64,000 nucleotides of DNA from Selaginella moellendorffii (lineage: Eukaryota > Plantae > Lycopodiophyta): the NCBI RefSeq assembly GCF_000143415.4, contig NW_003314262.1, positions 4,772,389 to 4,836,388 on the forward strand. The letters are read 5' to 3'. The position numbers and the translations under genes are program-made. Positions 23,440 through 34,299 of the stretch are shown piece by piece (the stretch's first letter is position 1; each line of letters starts with the position of its first letter). The notes beneath the pieces were generated by a model. The model did no database searches. It worked only from the letters and a program-made list of their open reading frames with translations, and had not been told where the DNA came from.

Positions 23440-24880
23440 TTGACATATCTCTAAAATTGTGGTTGAAGCTTATATTGATGCAAATTCTGATTGTGACGGG
23501 GATTGTATAGCATTAGAGTAGATGGTTGTGGATGGTTCAGTAGTAGCATTGGGTGTAGAAACAATGTGGATGCTAAATCTGGCATCACATCCATCTACAC
23601 TTGGGCATATGCTACTATCAATCCAAGGGATCTCATCACTAGTGGATTTCATGGTGGTGGACTTTCAGCAAATGAACTTACACTCCCTCACCAATCTTAT
23701 CATCTTGGGATGCATATGGCACCTCCAAGCCAATATTGAGACATACTGAAAGAAGGGGATGATGCAAATTAATGACAAGATCACCACCAATAAGCTCTAC
23801 AATGCTCATAGTTGTTTTTTGATGGAGAAGATTTCTACTCCTACTTCAAAGCTTGAGCCCCAAGTGGACTGCTTTTCCAACTAAATTGGGCTTTTATCTT
23901 CCTTGAGCTCCTCAACACTCCATCACTGCCAGAAAGCACTGGGTGTAGAAATAATGTGGATGCTATTTCTGGCAATAGATATGGGGAACACCATTCCTTA
24001 ATACCCCTTCTTCGATCCCCATAAAGTCCCTCTCCATCTTTAGCAATGCTCACCAACATTACCACTGGTATAGGTTCTAAAGGTCTATCCACTAAGTCCC
24101 ACTAACTTTTAGTACTTCCTCACTATATAACTATGCCTTTAGTCCTTAAGTAAAAGAACCATTCTTCTTCCTTTTTATAGTCCAAGACTTTAGAATGACA
24201 TTTCAAAACATCGTGGCCCAACACAAACTTCATAAGTACATCCCCCATCTTTTGCCACTAGGGTTCCCCAATTATGTGGTTAGCTTGAGGTTCCAATAAG
24301 CCCCATAAAGTATCTAAGTAGGTAATGCCACCCACACTTGGATTGGGAGCCTTCGACTCAATGGTTATATCATCACTCACCATGTAAATGTAATTTTCCT
24401 TAGTCACACTAGCCTTTCCTAGCCAAATTAGTTCCATTGGAGTCCTCTCTTTATTATCCCATAGAGACTTACTAAACTTCCCAGGTTTTGGGAGACGATC
24501 ACTTTAGGCTTTCACCCTTGGACTTGGATTTAAACTCGGAATCCAAATTAGACTTGGATCCAGACTTTGTTTTAGTCTTGGTTTTGGTCTTAGCTTTTAT
24601 TTTGAACTCCATTTTAGACTTCATCTTGGACTCTTTTTTAGACTCCTTCTCGGACTCTTACTCAAGCTTGGTCCCAACACTTTTATATGTCATAACACTT
24701 GTGATGTGTTGGTCTCGTCCCTTTCTAGAAATTTGCTTATTGATCATTTTGTGTTCATTCCTTGAGCATTCTTTTGGGAGTTCCATTCTCACTTACAACT
24801 TTCCAAGTAGAAATTTTTAGTCCAAACATGTTACACTTGTTAAATTTCCCCTTTGGCCATTACCACATAACACTCTTTCA
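23440..24880 (-). mobile_element. decayed LTR retrotransposon (integrase-like fragment and low-complexity gag-like region)
   Basis: Minus strand near 23930-23980 reads YCQK/NSIHIISTPSAFWQ..VEELK, similar to the integrase core (GI.H..STP..PQ.NG..ER); the motif is duplicated at ~23545-23585. A K/S/E-rich 12-bp-periodic stretch lies at 24500-24670. Confidence 0.45.
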
Positions 24881-24899
24881 GCCCCACTTTGGGATTTAA

Positions 24900-25750
24900 G
24901 GATTTATATCTTACAAGTAAGTTCCTTTTCCTTGCTCATTGATGGAGTGGTTTTGATTGTGCATTGTTAGAGCTACTATTAATATCCATCTAGAAGTGGC
25001 TGAAGTGTGGAGTTATTAATAAATGGATGCTTTTAGACATGTTATTTCTTGAACACATTGGCTCCTAAGAGGTTAAAGTTCTAGATGGAGGCAATAATGC
25101 TATTCCATCGAGTGTGTGTTTGCCTTGCAATGGGTACACCATTAATAGAGTTGTTTTGATGCTATCTATATTTATTGAAGTCTTAGCATTTTAAGCTCTT
25201 GAAGAATGATAATTTGTTGTTGGTGCCGTTGCAAGAGAATTTGTTATTGACACTCAATGAGGTCTTTATATTAGTGAAATTTTGTAATGATAGTTTCCAA
25301 CACTGATGGTATTCTCTCTTCCATGACTTTAGGAGTAGGTTAGCAAAAAATCATTGTGATTGGATGCTTCAAGAGGTGGCTAGATTTATATTAGACAACC
25401 TAAGAGACAAGGCAAAATTCCTTCTCAACTTCCTTTATATACTCAAAAGCTAGACAACACTTGATATTCTTACACTTAATGTTTGTGTTGGATGGGTAGC
25501 TTCAATCCTTGGACAAAGGCAGTAACCACAATCTACTTTGTGAGGTTTGGGATTTGGGTGAGGCATAGCTTTCAATGTTTCTTGAACTACTAGATATACT
25601 TAATAATAGACTCATATAGTGCTTGGTAGAAAGAAAAGAGCTCAGTTTGAAACTATTGAAGACCCTTCAATAAAACAAAATGATTTTGCTTGCCTACATC
25701 CATTGTGACATTATAAATTCCACTATATGACTTTATGTTGATGAAACTCT
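24900..25750 (-). mobile_element. LINE (non-LTR) reverse transcriptase remnant
   Basis: Minus strand gives TAFVQG...NIKCCLAFEYIKEVEKEFCLVL (cf. QSAFV.GR.I..NI....E......LD..KA) and later INGVPIARQTHTRWNSII (cf. YLGVP....W..I). Many stops. Confidence 0.4.
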
Positions 25751-26318
25751 AAGTAGGAAGAGGTTTTATCTCAAAGTTTTACCTTTTTCACTATTTCCTG
25801 ATGTAAGAAATAGTGTAGTTATTAAAAAAACATTTTAGGGCAATATAAGGGTTTAATAACTTGCCCAACAGCATTTGGCGGTAAAAAAAAGGAAAAAAAT
25901 TTGAATATTAAATTTATCTTTTTTTTTTAAATACTATAAGCCAATAGATACTAAATATTTTTAGTTCATACAATTAAATATCTTGTTCTAGTTTTTAATA
26001 GGAAAAATATATTGGACACTATTATTAATTTATCTTAGCTTATTTATTCAAGAGATATAAATATAAGATCAAGAAAACCTATGATAGAAACTCAGAAAGG
26101 AAATTATAAATGACCAAAAGTTAGTTATAAACTCAGTTTCTATCTTTATCTTTCTATACGTGAAAAAACCAATGTACAACTATATTAAATATATTCTTGT
26201 TCAACAAATGCCAGAGTTAATAGTTCTTTAGTCTTGTTTTTAGTAATCTAAAGATTACTTTAGATATTTAGTTATATACATTAAGTTTGTGATTGTCTTT
26301 TCTTAAAGATACTAAGAA

Positions 26319-28182
26319 TCTATCACAATAAGGAGGAGTTGCTGAACTTTCTAGGCTGCCGGATCCAGCCAATCGCAGCCGTTCAATGGGGGGTAACTGT
26401 AAAGGGGTTATTTTCTTAACCACGTGTTAGTGAATAATCGCGCTGATGTTTACTCCCGGCCAATAGGAGGCGGCCAAGCTGCATGTGGCGGGAGAAGAAG
26501 GTGTGGCAACACGTGGCACATGCAAAGTGTTGACTGGAACTGTGTCTTTCCTGAAATTGCTATTGTCGTCCAAACTTACATACAGATTTTTCTTGAGATC
26601 TTTTGAATTTTAAATTTTCCTGCAGAAATCGCCACCATCACTCCCGACATGGAGCACCACTGCTTTAGAGAAAGGGCAGGAGAGCGATGCACTCAAGTAA
26701 ATGGCCAGTGAAGCTGCGGCTCTTGAATCTCCCTGACAAAGATCCCACTCAATCGCCACAGCAATCCCCGCGGGAACAACCACCAGCAGCAGATCCGGAG
26801 CTTGATGGGATGCCTTTCTACAGTCTCGCCACCATCGCTCCTGGCATTCTCCACCACTGCTTGAGGGAAAGGGTGTAGCACTAGAGGAGAGCGAGTAAAT
26901 GGCCAGTGAAGCTGCGGCTCCCAGTCCCTGCCAACAGCAGATTCGGAGCCACGGGCTCTAGATCCACTCCCGAGCCCCCAGCGGCAGCAACGGCACCTCT
27001 GCCAACGACAACAGAAGTGAGCGTGGCCACTGGAGAGGAGCTCTCATACGTTTTTCTTCTTTGTAATGATTATTAATGATGTATTGATCGGGCAATTACA
27101 GTAATGACATGGGCATGAAACTTACATTTTAAACATGAGGTTAACGGTTACCATTAAACACCTTTATGAATATTTATTTTTAAGTGAACATTTTTAATGC
27201 TTTACTAATAAAATAATCAACTTTATCTAAACTTATTCTGTTTTATAAATTATTATAATCTTTGAATATTTTAGGTCACAATGAAATTTTATAATTTAAG
27301 TTAACAGTATTTGTAAATATAATAAGAAAACTGCATTCTAGGATAATCTTATTTTGTAAGAATAAACTAAAATATATTCAATAGCCTATTTAAATATCAC
27401 TATAACATATGAAACCCAACACCAAATAATAGTATATCAAATGTAGGTTGACTTCGTTTTATGGATGTAGTTTTATAAATGTGTAGGATCATGAGCAAAA
27501 TTTCAAGTGTTAATGCATCAACAATAGGAGTACATATTATATTTTTTTATGTGGCTCTAGCTACTTACAATCTAACTCATTCAGAAAAACTAAAATAATG
27601 TATGCAATACTTGATTAAAGTAGTAATATTTTAAATTCTTTTTCCTATAATACTATGGAATTACAATTTCTATAGCATATATATTTATAAAATATTTTGT
27701 TAGTAATTATTTTCTTGACTGGATATGGGTCATAATATATTAATGTAAACTTATTGTTTAAGTAAAAAGCATAATTAAGTAATATCTTGCTAATAAAAAT
27801 GGGTAATAATTATTGTTAGTAATTATTCTCTTCTGTTTGATAAAATCTTAATATAAGTTTATCCGAACTAGAAATAAAATTTACATATAACATATTTTTA
27901 ATAATAGAAATTTCATTTTTACTTTTTCTGGGTCGGATATTTTTCCAAATAATAATTTGTATCTAATATTTTTATTAATGAATATTTATTCTTACTTGCC
28001 TAGAAATATATTTTGTTGTAAATATTTATATTATTAAGTTTACAAGAATTGATTTTTATATTCACCCAATTCTTCTTTCAAAGTGGAATACAATATTTGT
28101 TTTTGTGATACTATTCCAATTTCGTTTTTAATATAAAAAAAATATTTTGCTAACTAGGCAGCATATGCTGGGCAAATGCTAG
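26319..28182 (+). mobile_element. putative non-autonomous Helitron carrying GC-rich gene fragments
   Basis: 5' A|TCTATCACAATAAGGAGG at 26319. 3' palindrome cagcatatgctg (28159-28170), 8 nt spacer, then CTAG|T (28179-28183). Internal GC-rich cargo 26620-27050 followed by AT-rich filler. Confidence 0.55.
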
Positions 28183-28576
28183 TGTTTAGTAAGTAAAAGT
28201 GTTTTGTTAACTAAACTTTAATCTAATGTCTTGACAAAAAACACGCTTATAGGATCAGCTACACGACGTTTGCTCCTCCGGATTTAGGAGACGAGCTCGG
28301 ACACGTCCACTTTCTTCCGCTCCTTGGATGGCCGCCTGGCCGCCTAACATTTAAACACCTAAAGGGCAAAAGGCAAATGCCTATGCCATTTTTCTCGGGA
28401 CCATCAATGTTAGATCGGATGAATCACACGAAACAATCGCCAAATTTGCAGTTGATTTCGTTTGTCTTCGACTTTAACAAGAGAATCTCCCGAGCGTGCT
28501 TCATTCTCGAAAGTCCCTGTACACCACCGTGCTACTTTCTCATCGCTAAAACCTCAAAAACATTTGCCAAGTTTTC

Positions 28577-30628
28577 TCAGCTTCCAGCTTCCATAGCCAC
28601 CCCTTGCGAAAAATGCTGCTTCACTGCCTCGAGATCCAGCGCTCTCCCAGCTGCCCGGAACCCCCTCCTTAGAACTTTGTACGTGACTTCGTTTGGAGCA
28701 CAGCCTCTCTTCATCATCTCCTGGAAAACATCCCAGGCCGTGTCGACCATGGAAGAATCGATGAGACCCGTGATGAGAGCGCTGTAAGCCTGGACGTCGG
28801 GATTCACTCCCAGCTTCACCATATCCTCCACAAGCTTCTTCGCCTCTGGGATCCTCCCAGCTTTCGCCAGAGAGTAGATGAGAGAGGTGTAAGTGTGGCA
28901 CTCCGGAATGATACCCCTGTCGATCATCTCCTGAAACTGCGAGAAGGCCTCGCTCACCCTGCCTGCCTTCCCGAGACCGTCGATCAAAATGGTGTAACTC
29001 ACCAGCGTTGGAGGAACCTCGTCTTTCTCCAGCATCTCCTTGAACAAGGAGAAAGCGCGATCGGTCTTGCCATCTTTGAAGAGCCCGTGCATCAAAACGT
29101 TGAAAGTCACGGCGTTGGGCTTGATCCCACTCGCGACCATCCTGTCGTAAACACCAAAGGCCTGATCGACCCTCTCTAGCTTGACGTAGCCGTCCATGAG
29201 CGAGTTGTAAGCAAAGCAGTCGGGGCCGACACCCGACTTAGCCATGAGCTCCAAGATCTCGCCTGCGGCCTCCACGTTTCCAATCTTCGAGAAGTTCTGG
29301 ATGATAGTCCCGTACGTGAGAGCGTCGGGAGCGCAGCCTTTCTCGATCATGCTGTCAAAGACGTGCCGGGCCTCCGGAACTCTGCCGGTGCTGAAGAGCA
29401 AGTCGATGAGACTGGTGTAGAGGATAACATCCGGTGCACACCCTCTGGCTGTCATCTCCGTCAAGACTTGGTACGCTTCTTCGGCCCTTCCCTTCGACAA
29501 GTAATAGCTGAGTAGCGAGGTGAAGATGAAGAGCCCCGGCTCACACCCCCTCTCTCGCATTTGCGCGATCACCTCCTTGGCTTCGTTGATCATGTCGAGC
29601 TTGCAAAACCCATGCACGATCGATCCATACGTCACAGCCGTCGGCTCGGGTCCCTTGGTGAGCATCACGTCGAGTAGCTTCCGAGCCTCGTCCATCTTGC
29701 TGGCCTTGGAAAAGCCATCGATCAAAGTCGTGTAGGTGATGGTGTCCGGGACGCAGCCTTTCTGGACCATCTGCTCGAAAACTTTGCAAGCGTCGGGGAG
29801 CATCTGTGCCTTGCAAAGCCCATCGATGACAACCGTGTACGTTGTTCTCGTCGGGACGCACGACGATCCACTCATATCCTCAAAGTTCTTGAGACCATCT
29901 TCGATCCTGCCAGCTTTAAGGAGTCCATCGATCACTGCGGTGTACGCCACCACGTTTGGAGAACAGCCCGCGGTCTTGAGCTTCTCGAAGAGCTCGCAGG
30001 CCTCGTCGATCCTCTTGGAGTCTGCCAGCCCCTTGATCACGGTGGTGTAAGAGATCACATCCAGGCTCGCTTTTGGAGTGACTGCGCGAAAGTAGCTAAG
30101 AGCGTCGTCCACTTGATCGCTGTCACACAGCGCCTTGAGGATGATCCCGTGAGTCACAGCGTTCTTGGCGATGGAGCGCCTCTCCATCTCTTTGAGCAAG
30201 GCAAAGACCTCGGGGAATTTCTTCTCAAGGCAGAAGCCGCGGATCAGCGTGTTGTACGTGTAGGCGTCGGGATTCTCCATCTTCTCCTTGAAAATCTCCA
30301 TCGCTTCCTTGACGCGGCGGCCGCGAACCATGGCGAGAAGGAGAGCGTTGTACGTGAATCGCGTGTGCGTGAATCCTTTCCTGGTCGCGGCCCAGTCGAA
30401 GAAGGGCTTGGCGTGATCGGTGCGCTCCAGCCTGCGAAGGACATCGCTGAATGTGTCGTGGGAGAGCTTGCGATGCTTGTTGCCCAGCAATTCGCTCACA
30501 TTCTCACCTGGCTTGGCGCTCTCGAGAATGCAGAGCAGCGATTCGACCTGCCTGGCGTCGGCATTGGGGAGCTTGCAGGCGGAGCGATAGATCCAGCGCC
30601 TCTGGATCGCCGCTCTCCACAAGAACAT
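28577..30628 (-). CDS. P-class pentatricopeptide repeat protein (683 aa)
   Basis: Intact single-exon ORF with an R-rich N-terminal presequence, FFDWAATRKGFTHTRFTYN and a long run of tandem P motifs. Confidence 0.95.
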   Translation of the reverse strand: MFLWRAAIQRRWIYRSACKLPNADARQVESLLCILESAKPGENVSELLGNKHRKLSHDTFSDVLRRLERTDHAKPFFDWAATRKGFTHTRFTYNALLLAMVRGRRVKEAMEIFKEKMENPDAYTYNTLIRGFCLEKKFPEVFALLKEMERRSIAKNAVTHGIILKALCDSDQVDDALSYFRAVTPKASLDVISYTTVIKGLADSKRIDEACELFEKLKTAGCSPNVVAYTAVIDGLLKAGRIEDGLKNFEDMSGSSCVPTRTTYTVVIDGLCKAQMLPDACKVFEQMVQKGCVPDTITYTTLIDGFSKASKMDEARKLLDVMLTKGPEPTAVTYGSIVHGFCKLDMINEAKEVIAQMRERGCEPGLFIFTSLLSYYLSKGRAEEAYQVLTEMTARGCAPDVILYTSLIDLLFSTGRVPEARHVFDSMIEKGCAPDALTYGTIIQNFSKIGNVEAAGEILELMAKSGVGPDCFAYNSLMDGYVKLERVDQAFGVYDRMVASGIKPNAVTFNVLMHGLFKDGKTDRAFSLFKEMLEKDEVPPTLVSYTILIDGLGKAGRVSEAFSQFQEMIDRGIIPECHTYTSLIYSLAKAGRIPEAKKLVEDMVKLGVNPDVQAYSALITGLIDSSMVDTAWDVFQEMMKRGCAPNEVTYKVLRRGFRAAGRALDLEAVKQHFSQGVAMEAGS

Positions 30629-30733
30629 CCCTCTTAGCTAGAACCCTAAATCTCGCATTTTTTAAATTTAGGGTTCTTCGTGACACTCAAGAACCCTAAT
30701 TCTTTGTGCTCCTCGCTATGATCGAATGCGGCT
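30629..30733. promoter_or_regulatory. 105-bp bidirectional promoter region with telo-box-like motifs
   Basis: Lies between divergent ATGs at 30628 and 30734; contains gaaccctaaa, tttagggttc and gaaccctaa. Confidence 0.6.
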
Positions 30734-32896
30734 ATGGCGTCGTCGATCAGCAAGGGATCGACGACGCCATACGAGAGAATGGGGAGAAACGGATTGCGCG
30801 CGAGCGCTCCCGTCGCCTTGCAAGCGCTCAAGGTATGCAGCAGCTCCAGGGATTTCGAATCGGGCAGGAGAATTCACGCGCAGCTCGTCCAAAGCGGTGA
30901 CGAATCCGGCATTTTCGTGGCCAACACTCTGATCGACATGTACTGCAAGTGTGGGAGGATAAGCGATGCTCTCCGGATCTTCGAGGGGATGGAGCAGCAC
31001 ACAGTAGTGACCTGGACAGCATTGATCCTGGGATTCACACAGGACGGGCAAGGAGAGATAGCTCTCGAGATCTTCCTGGAGATGCAAGAGCAAGGCTGCG
31101 ACCCAAATCGCGTGACTTTCATCGCAGCTCTCAAGGCCTGCGCGGCGCTGGGATCGAGCGACGAGAGAAGGAAGAATCGAGCACTTTATCTTCGCAAGGG
31201 GAGAAGAATCCACTCGCAAGCGAAGAAGAACAGTGTGGAGAACGATCCTTCGCTATCAAACACGCTGGTGGACATGTATGGGAAATGCGGGGACTTGATG
31301 GAGGCACGGAGAGTTTTCGACAAGATGCTACGTCGATCGGTGGTGTCTTGGAGCGCCATAATCCTTGGATACGCCGAGAACGACGAGCCGGAGATAGCTC
31401 TCGAGCTCTTCCAGCGCATGCAAGACGAAGAACACTGTGCTCCGAATCGCGTAACGTTTCTAGCAGCGCTCAAGGCCGCCGCAAACTTGGCTTCCACCGA
31501 GGAAGGCAAACAGCTCGACGGGCGATTCGTGAAGATCAAGTGCCTCGAGAGGATCCGAGAGCTCCACTCTCGAGCAGCGAAGACTCTGGAGAGCTTGGAC
31601 ACGGCCTTGCTCAACGCGCTGGTGGATGCGTATGGGAAGTGTGGAGCCGTGGTGGACGCTCGCAAAGTCTTCGATAGCTTGGCTCGACCAACGGTGGTGT
31701 CGTGGAGCGCGATCATTCACGGCTACGCTCACAGTGGTGATCCTCAGCTGGCTCTGGAGCTCTTCTCGCGGATGCAACGCGAACGCTGCGCTCCAAACCG
31801 TGCCACCTTCCTCGCGGCGCTCAAGGCCTGTGGAAGCCTCGCAGCTCTCGACGCTGGAAGGAAGATCGAGGCACAGATCCACAGCGCCAGGCTCCAGGGA
31901 GATCCACTCGTGGCGACTTCGCTGGTGGACTTCTACGGCAAGTGTGGAAGTATGGAGGACGCTCAGCGAGTCTTTGACGACTCCATCGCTGCGAGCAAAG
32001 ATCTCGTTGCTTGGGACGCGCTGATAGCAGGATATAGTTGGCAGGGACGCTGCGACCAAGTTTTCTCCTTGCTCGAGAAGATGGAGCGAGAGGCCCGGCT
32101 CAAACCCGACGCTGTGACGTTCCTCTCCATCCTCAACGCTTGCATCCACGCCGGGCTCGTCGAGAAGGGAGAGGACTACTTCCACGCCATGCTTCCGAAG
32201 TATGGCATCGCTCCCAGCATCAAGCACTACACTTGCATGGTGGATCTCCTCGGCCGGGCCAACCGGTTGGACGAAGCAGTGACAATGGTTTTGACGATGC
32301 CGTTCGAGCCGGACTTGCGGATCTGGATGGCTGTTCTTCGAGCCAGTAAAGACGTGGAGATTGGAAAGCTCGCGTTTCAGTCCATTCTCGGCCTCGATGA
32401 GAGAAACATGGCAGCTTACTCGATGATGAGCAATGTCTACGCCGTCGCCGGGATGCATGCCGAGAGTGCGAAGCTGGTCCAAGCCATTCGAGCCGGTGCT
32501 ACAGCTCCAGGATCGTCCAGGCATCCCGGGAAGAGCTGGTGGACTGATCCGGCCACTGGCTTCGTGCATACTTTCGTCGCTGGGGAGTCCAGTGACGAGC
32601 TAGAGCTGGTGCTGGACAAAGTCTCGGCTGGAGGACGCGAAAGGAGCAGTCTTGACGGGGAGTCTGTGCTGTGCGGTCACAGTGGCAATCTCGCCATCGC
32701 TTGCGGGGTCTTGAGCACGCCGCCTGGAGCGAGTTTGCGGGTGGTGAGCGACTTCTGGATTTGTAGAGAGTGCCACAGAGTCGCTGCGATGCTGTCCAAG
32801 GTTGAGCAGCGGAAGATCATCTGTCGAGACTACTCCAGCCGGTTCCATGTCTTCGAAGATGGTAGATGCTCCTGCAGTGAGAGCTGGACTTGTTAA
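30734..32896 (+). CDS. PLS-class PPR protein with E and degenerate DYW (WW-type) domain; organellar RNA-editing factor family
   Basis: P-L-S triplets (NTLIDMYCKCG...VVTWTALI...PNRVTFIAALKAC); E motif HYTCMVDLLGRA; PGKSWWTD box; HSGNLAIACG...CRECH...RFHVFEDGRCSCSESW. Confidence 0.92.
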   Translation: MASSISKGSTTPYERMGRNGLRASAPVALQALKVCSSSRDFESGRRIHAQLVQSGDESGIFVANTLIDMYCKCGRISDALRIFEGMEQHTVVTWTALILGFTQDGQGEIALEIFLEMQEQGCDPNRVTFIAALKACAALGSSDERRKNRALYLRKGRRIHSQAKKNSVENDPSLSNTLVDMYGKCGDLMEARRVFDKMLRRSVVSWSAIILGYAENDEPEIALELFQRMQDEEHCAPNRVTFLAALKAAANLASTEEGKQLDGRFVKIKCLERIRELHSRAAKTLESLDTALLNALVDAYGKCGAVVDARKVFDSLARPTVVSWSAIIHGYAHSGDPQLALELFSRMQRERCAPNRATFLAALKACGSLAALDAGRKIEAQIHSARLQGDPLVATSLVDFYGKCGSMEDAQRVFDDSIAASKDLVAWDALIAGYSWQGRCDQVFSLLEKMEREARLKPDAVTFLSILNACIHAGLVEKGEDYFHAMLPKYGIAPSIKHYTCMVDLLGRANRLDEAVTMVLTMPFEPDLRIWMAVLRASKDVEIGKLAFQSILGLDERNMAAYSMMSNVYAVAGMHAESAKLVQAIRAGATAPGSSRHPGKSWWTDPATGFVHTFVAGESSDELELVLDKVSAGGRERSSLDGESVLCGHSGNLAIACGVLSTPPGASLRVVSDFWICRECHRVAAMLSKVEQRKIICRDYSSRFHVFEDGRCSCSESWTC

Positions 32897-33008
32897 AACT
32901 CCGCGAGCTGCGATGGAAACTCTAGCGTCGACTCCAGCACCAAGCTGTGCTTCATCCTCACCATCTGCTTGGAAATCCTGGATCGAAGTTTTGCGATGAA
33001 CTCATGGT

Positions 33009-34236
33009 CTATCGTGGAGTGTAGATGGGTCGAGCATCGGCAGAGGGCTGTATCTTCCTTGTATACTTCAGCAGCATCGACTCCACAGTTTGTCCTGGGA
33101 TCCTCACGTCCCTGAAACACCAAAGTTAAGCTCGACAAGCAAACAACAAAGCACACAAGTTACCTCAAGTAAGGCTCGAGATCGTTCCACTCCCACTTCG
33201 ATCTTTCCTTGAACAAGGCTGCAAATCGAGCATCCGGTTGCGTAGGCAGAGAGGACGAGCTAAAGCGGTGCAGCCACGAGTCGGACCCAAGCCTGGTAAC
33301 CAGCGCCTCACCCCGGAGCATTTCCAGCTCTCCTTTCATTCCCGGCGGCAGTGCTCTTTGCCACGCTTCAAGGAACTCGTTCGTCTTCCATCTCCCTGTG
33401 CTCGACAAGAGCTCCCTCGCGTAGTGCAAACAGATCCGTTTCTCGTCCAGCTTCCACGAAGAGGACGATGGCTCCTCCACACCAAAAGTTGCTACGCAGT
33501 GCCGGACTAGCTGAGCCGGGTATCCATCGCCCTCGAGCACAGCCACCAATTCTTCCAGCGGCAGCAAGCTCAAACTCCAGTCCTGTTGGATGGCAGTCAC
33601 CAGGATCATCTCTAGCAGTCCCTTCGTGTACTTCGGATCCACAGTCCTCCAAAAACCACCTATTTCCGCTGCAGCAAGAGCTCTAAGCCCATCCTTGAGC
33701 TGCTCTTCGCTTGCCTGGACGCTGTCCAGCAAATCTTCCCACGAGTAAAGACCATCTACGGTCTCGTTCTCGCTGTCTTCCGTGTAAGGCCTAGAACCGA
33801 CGAGTACCTTGAGTTGATCTATTCTGGGAGCTATCTCCACAAGCTCCATATGTCCTCCCGCCGTGGCAATCACGTGAAGAGCGCCGCCACTTCCACCATC
33901 GCCAGCTTCTCCTGGAGGAACCAGCAGCATTGTGTTGGAAGTCGAGACGAACTTTAGAGCGTATGTCGTCCTGGAAGTGCAAAGAACCGCCTCCTCCTCC
34001 ACACCTCCTTTTATGCTCAGCCTGTAAAAACCAAGAGCAAGAACAGAGAAAGATAGAGTGAACTTCTTGCGACGAAGAAAACAGAGAGAAAGATCTGTGT
34101 ACCTGGATTGAAGAAGCTCTTGCACGACGCTTTCATCAACCTCTAGTAGCTTCAAATCGCTTGCCTTTTCGAAATGCTGGCTGTAGCGAACGGTGGTAGT
34201 GGATCCTAGCGGCAAGCCTGGCGCCTCCGCCTCCAT
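33009..34236 (-). CDS. DCC1: sister chromatid cohesion protein DCC1 (3 exons)
   Basis: LKLLEVD...IKGGVEEEAVLCTSRTTYALKFVSTSN, VQASEEQLKDGL...IGGFWR, RFAALFKERSKWEWNDLEPYL. Introns 34022-34102 and 33112-33163; last exon RDVRIPGQTVESMLLKYTRKIQP...YTPR*. Confidence 0.93.
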
Positions 34237-34299
34237 TGAAGAAAGAAATCCCTTTAGGGCTGCTAAAACCCATCACCCAGTAGCATTTCTTTCACCACT

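Noticed and set aside
23455-23500. VVEAYIDANSD resembling copia RNase H (YxDADWA)
   Set aside because: Downstream RNase H motifs are absent; the integrase-like reading nearby is on the opposite strand.
28250-28560. Exon-like GC-rich blocks downstream of the 28577 PPR (AARRPSKERKKVDVSELVS*)
   Set aside because: Could be 3'UTR or alternative exons; too short to assign without cDNA.
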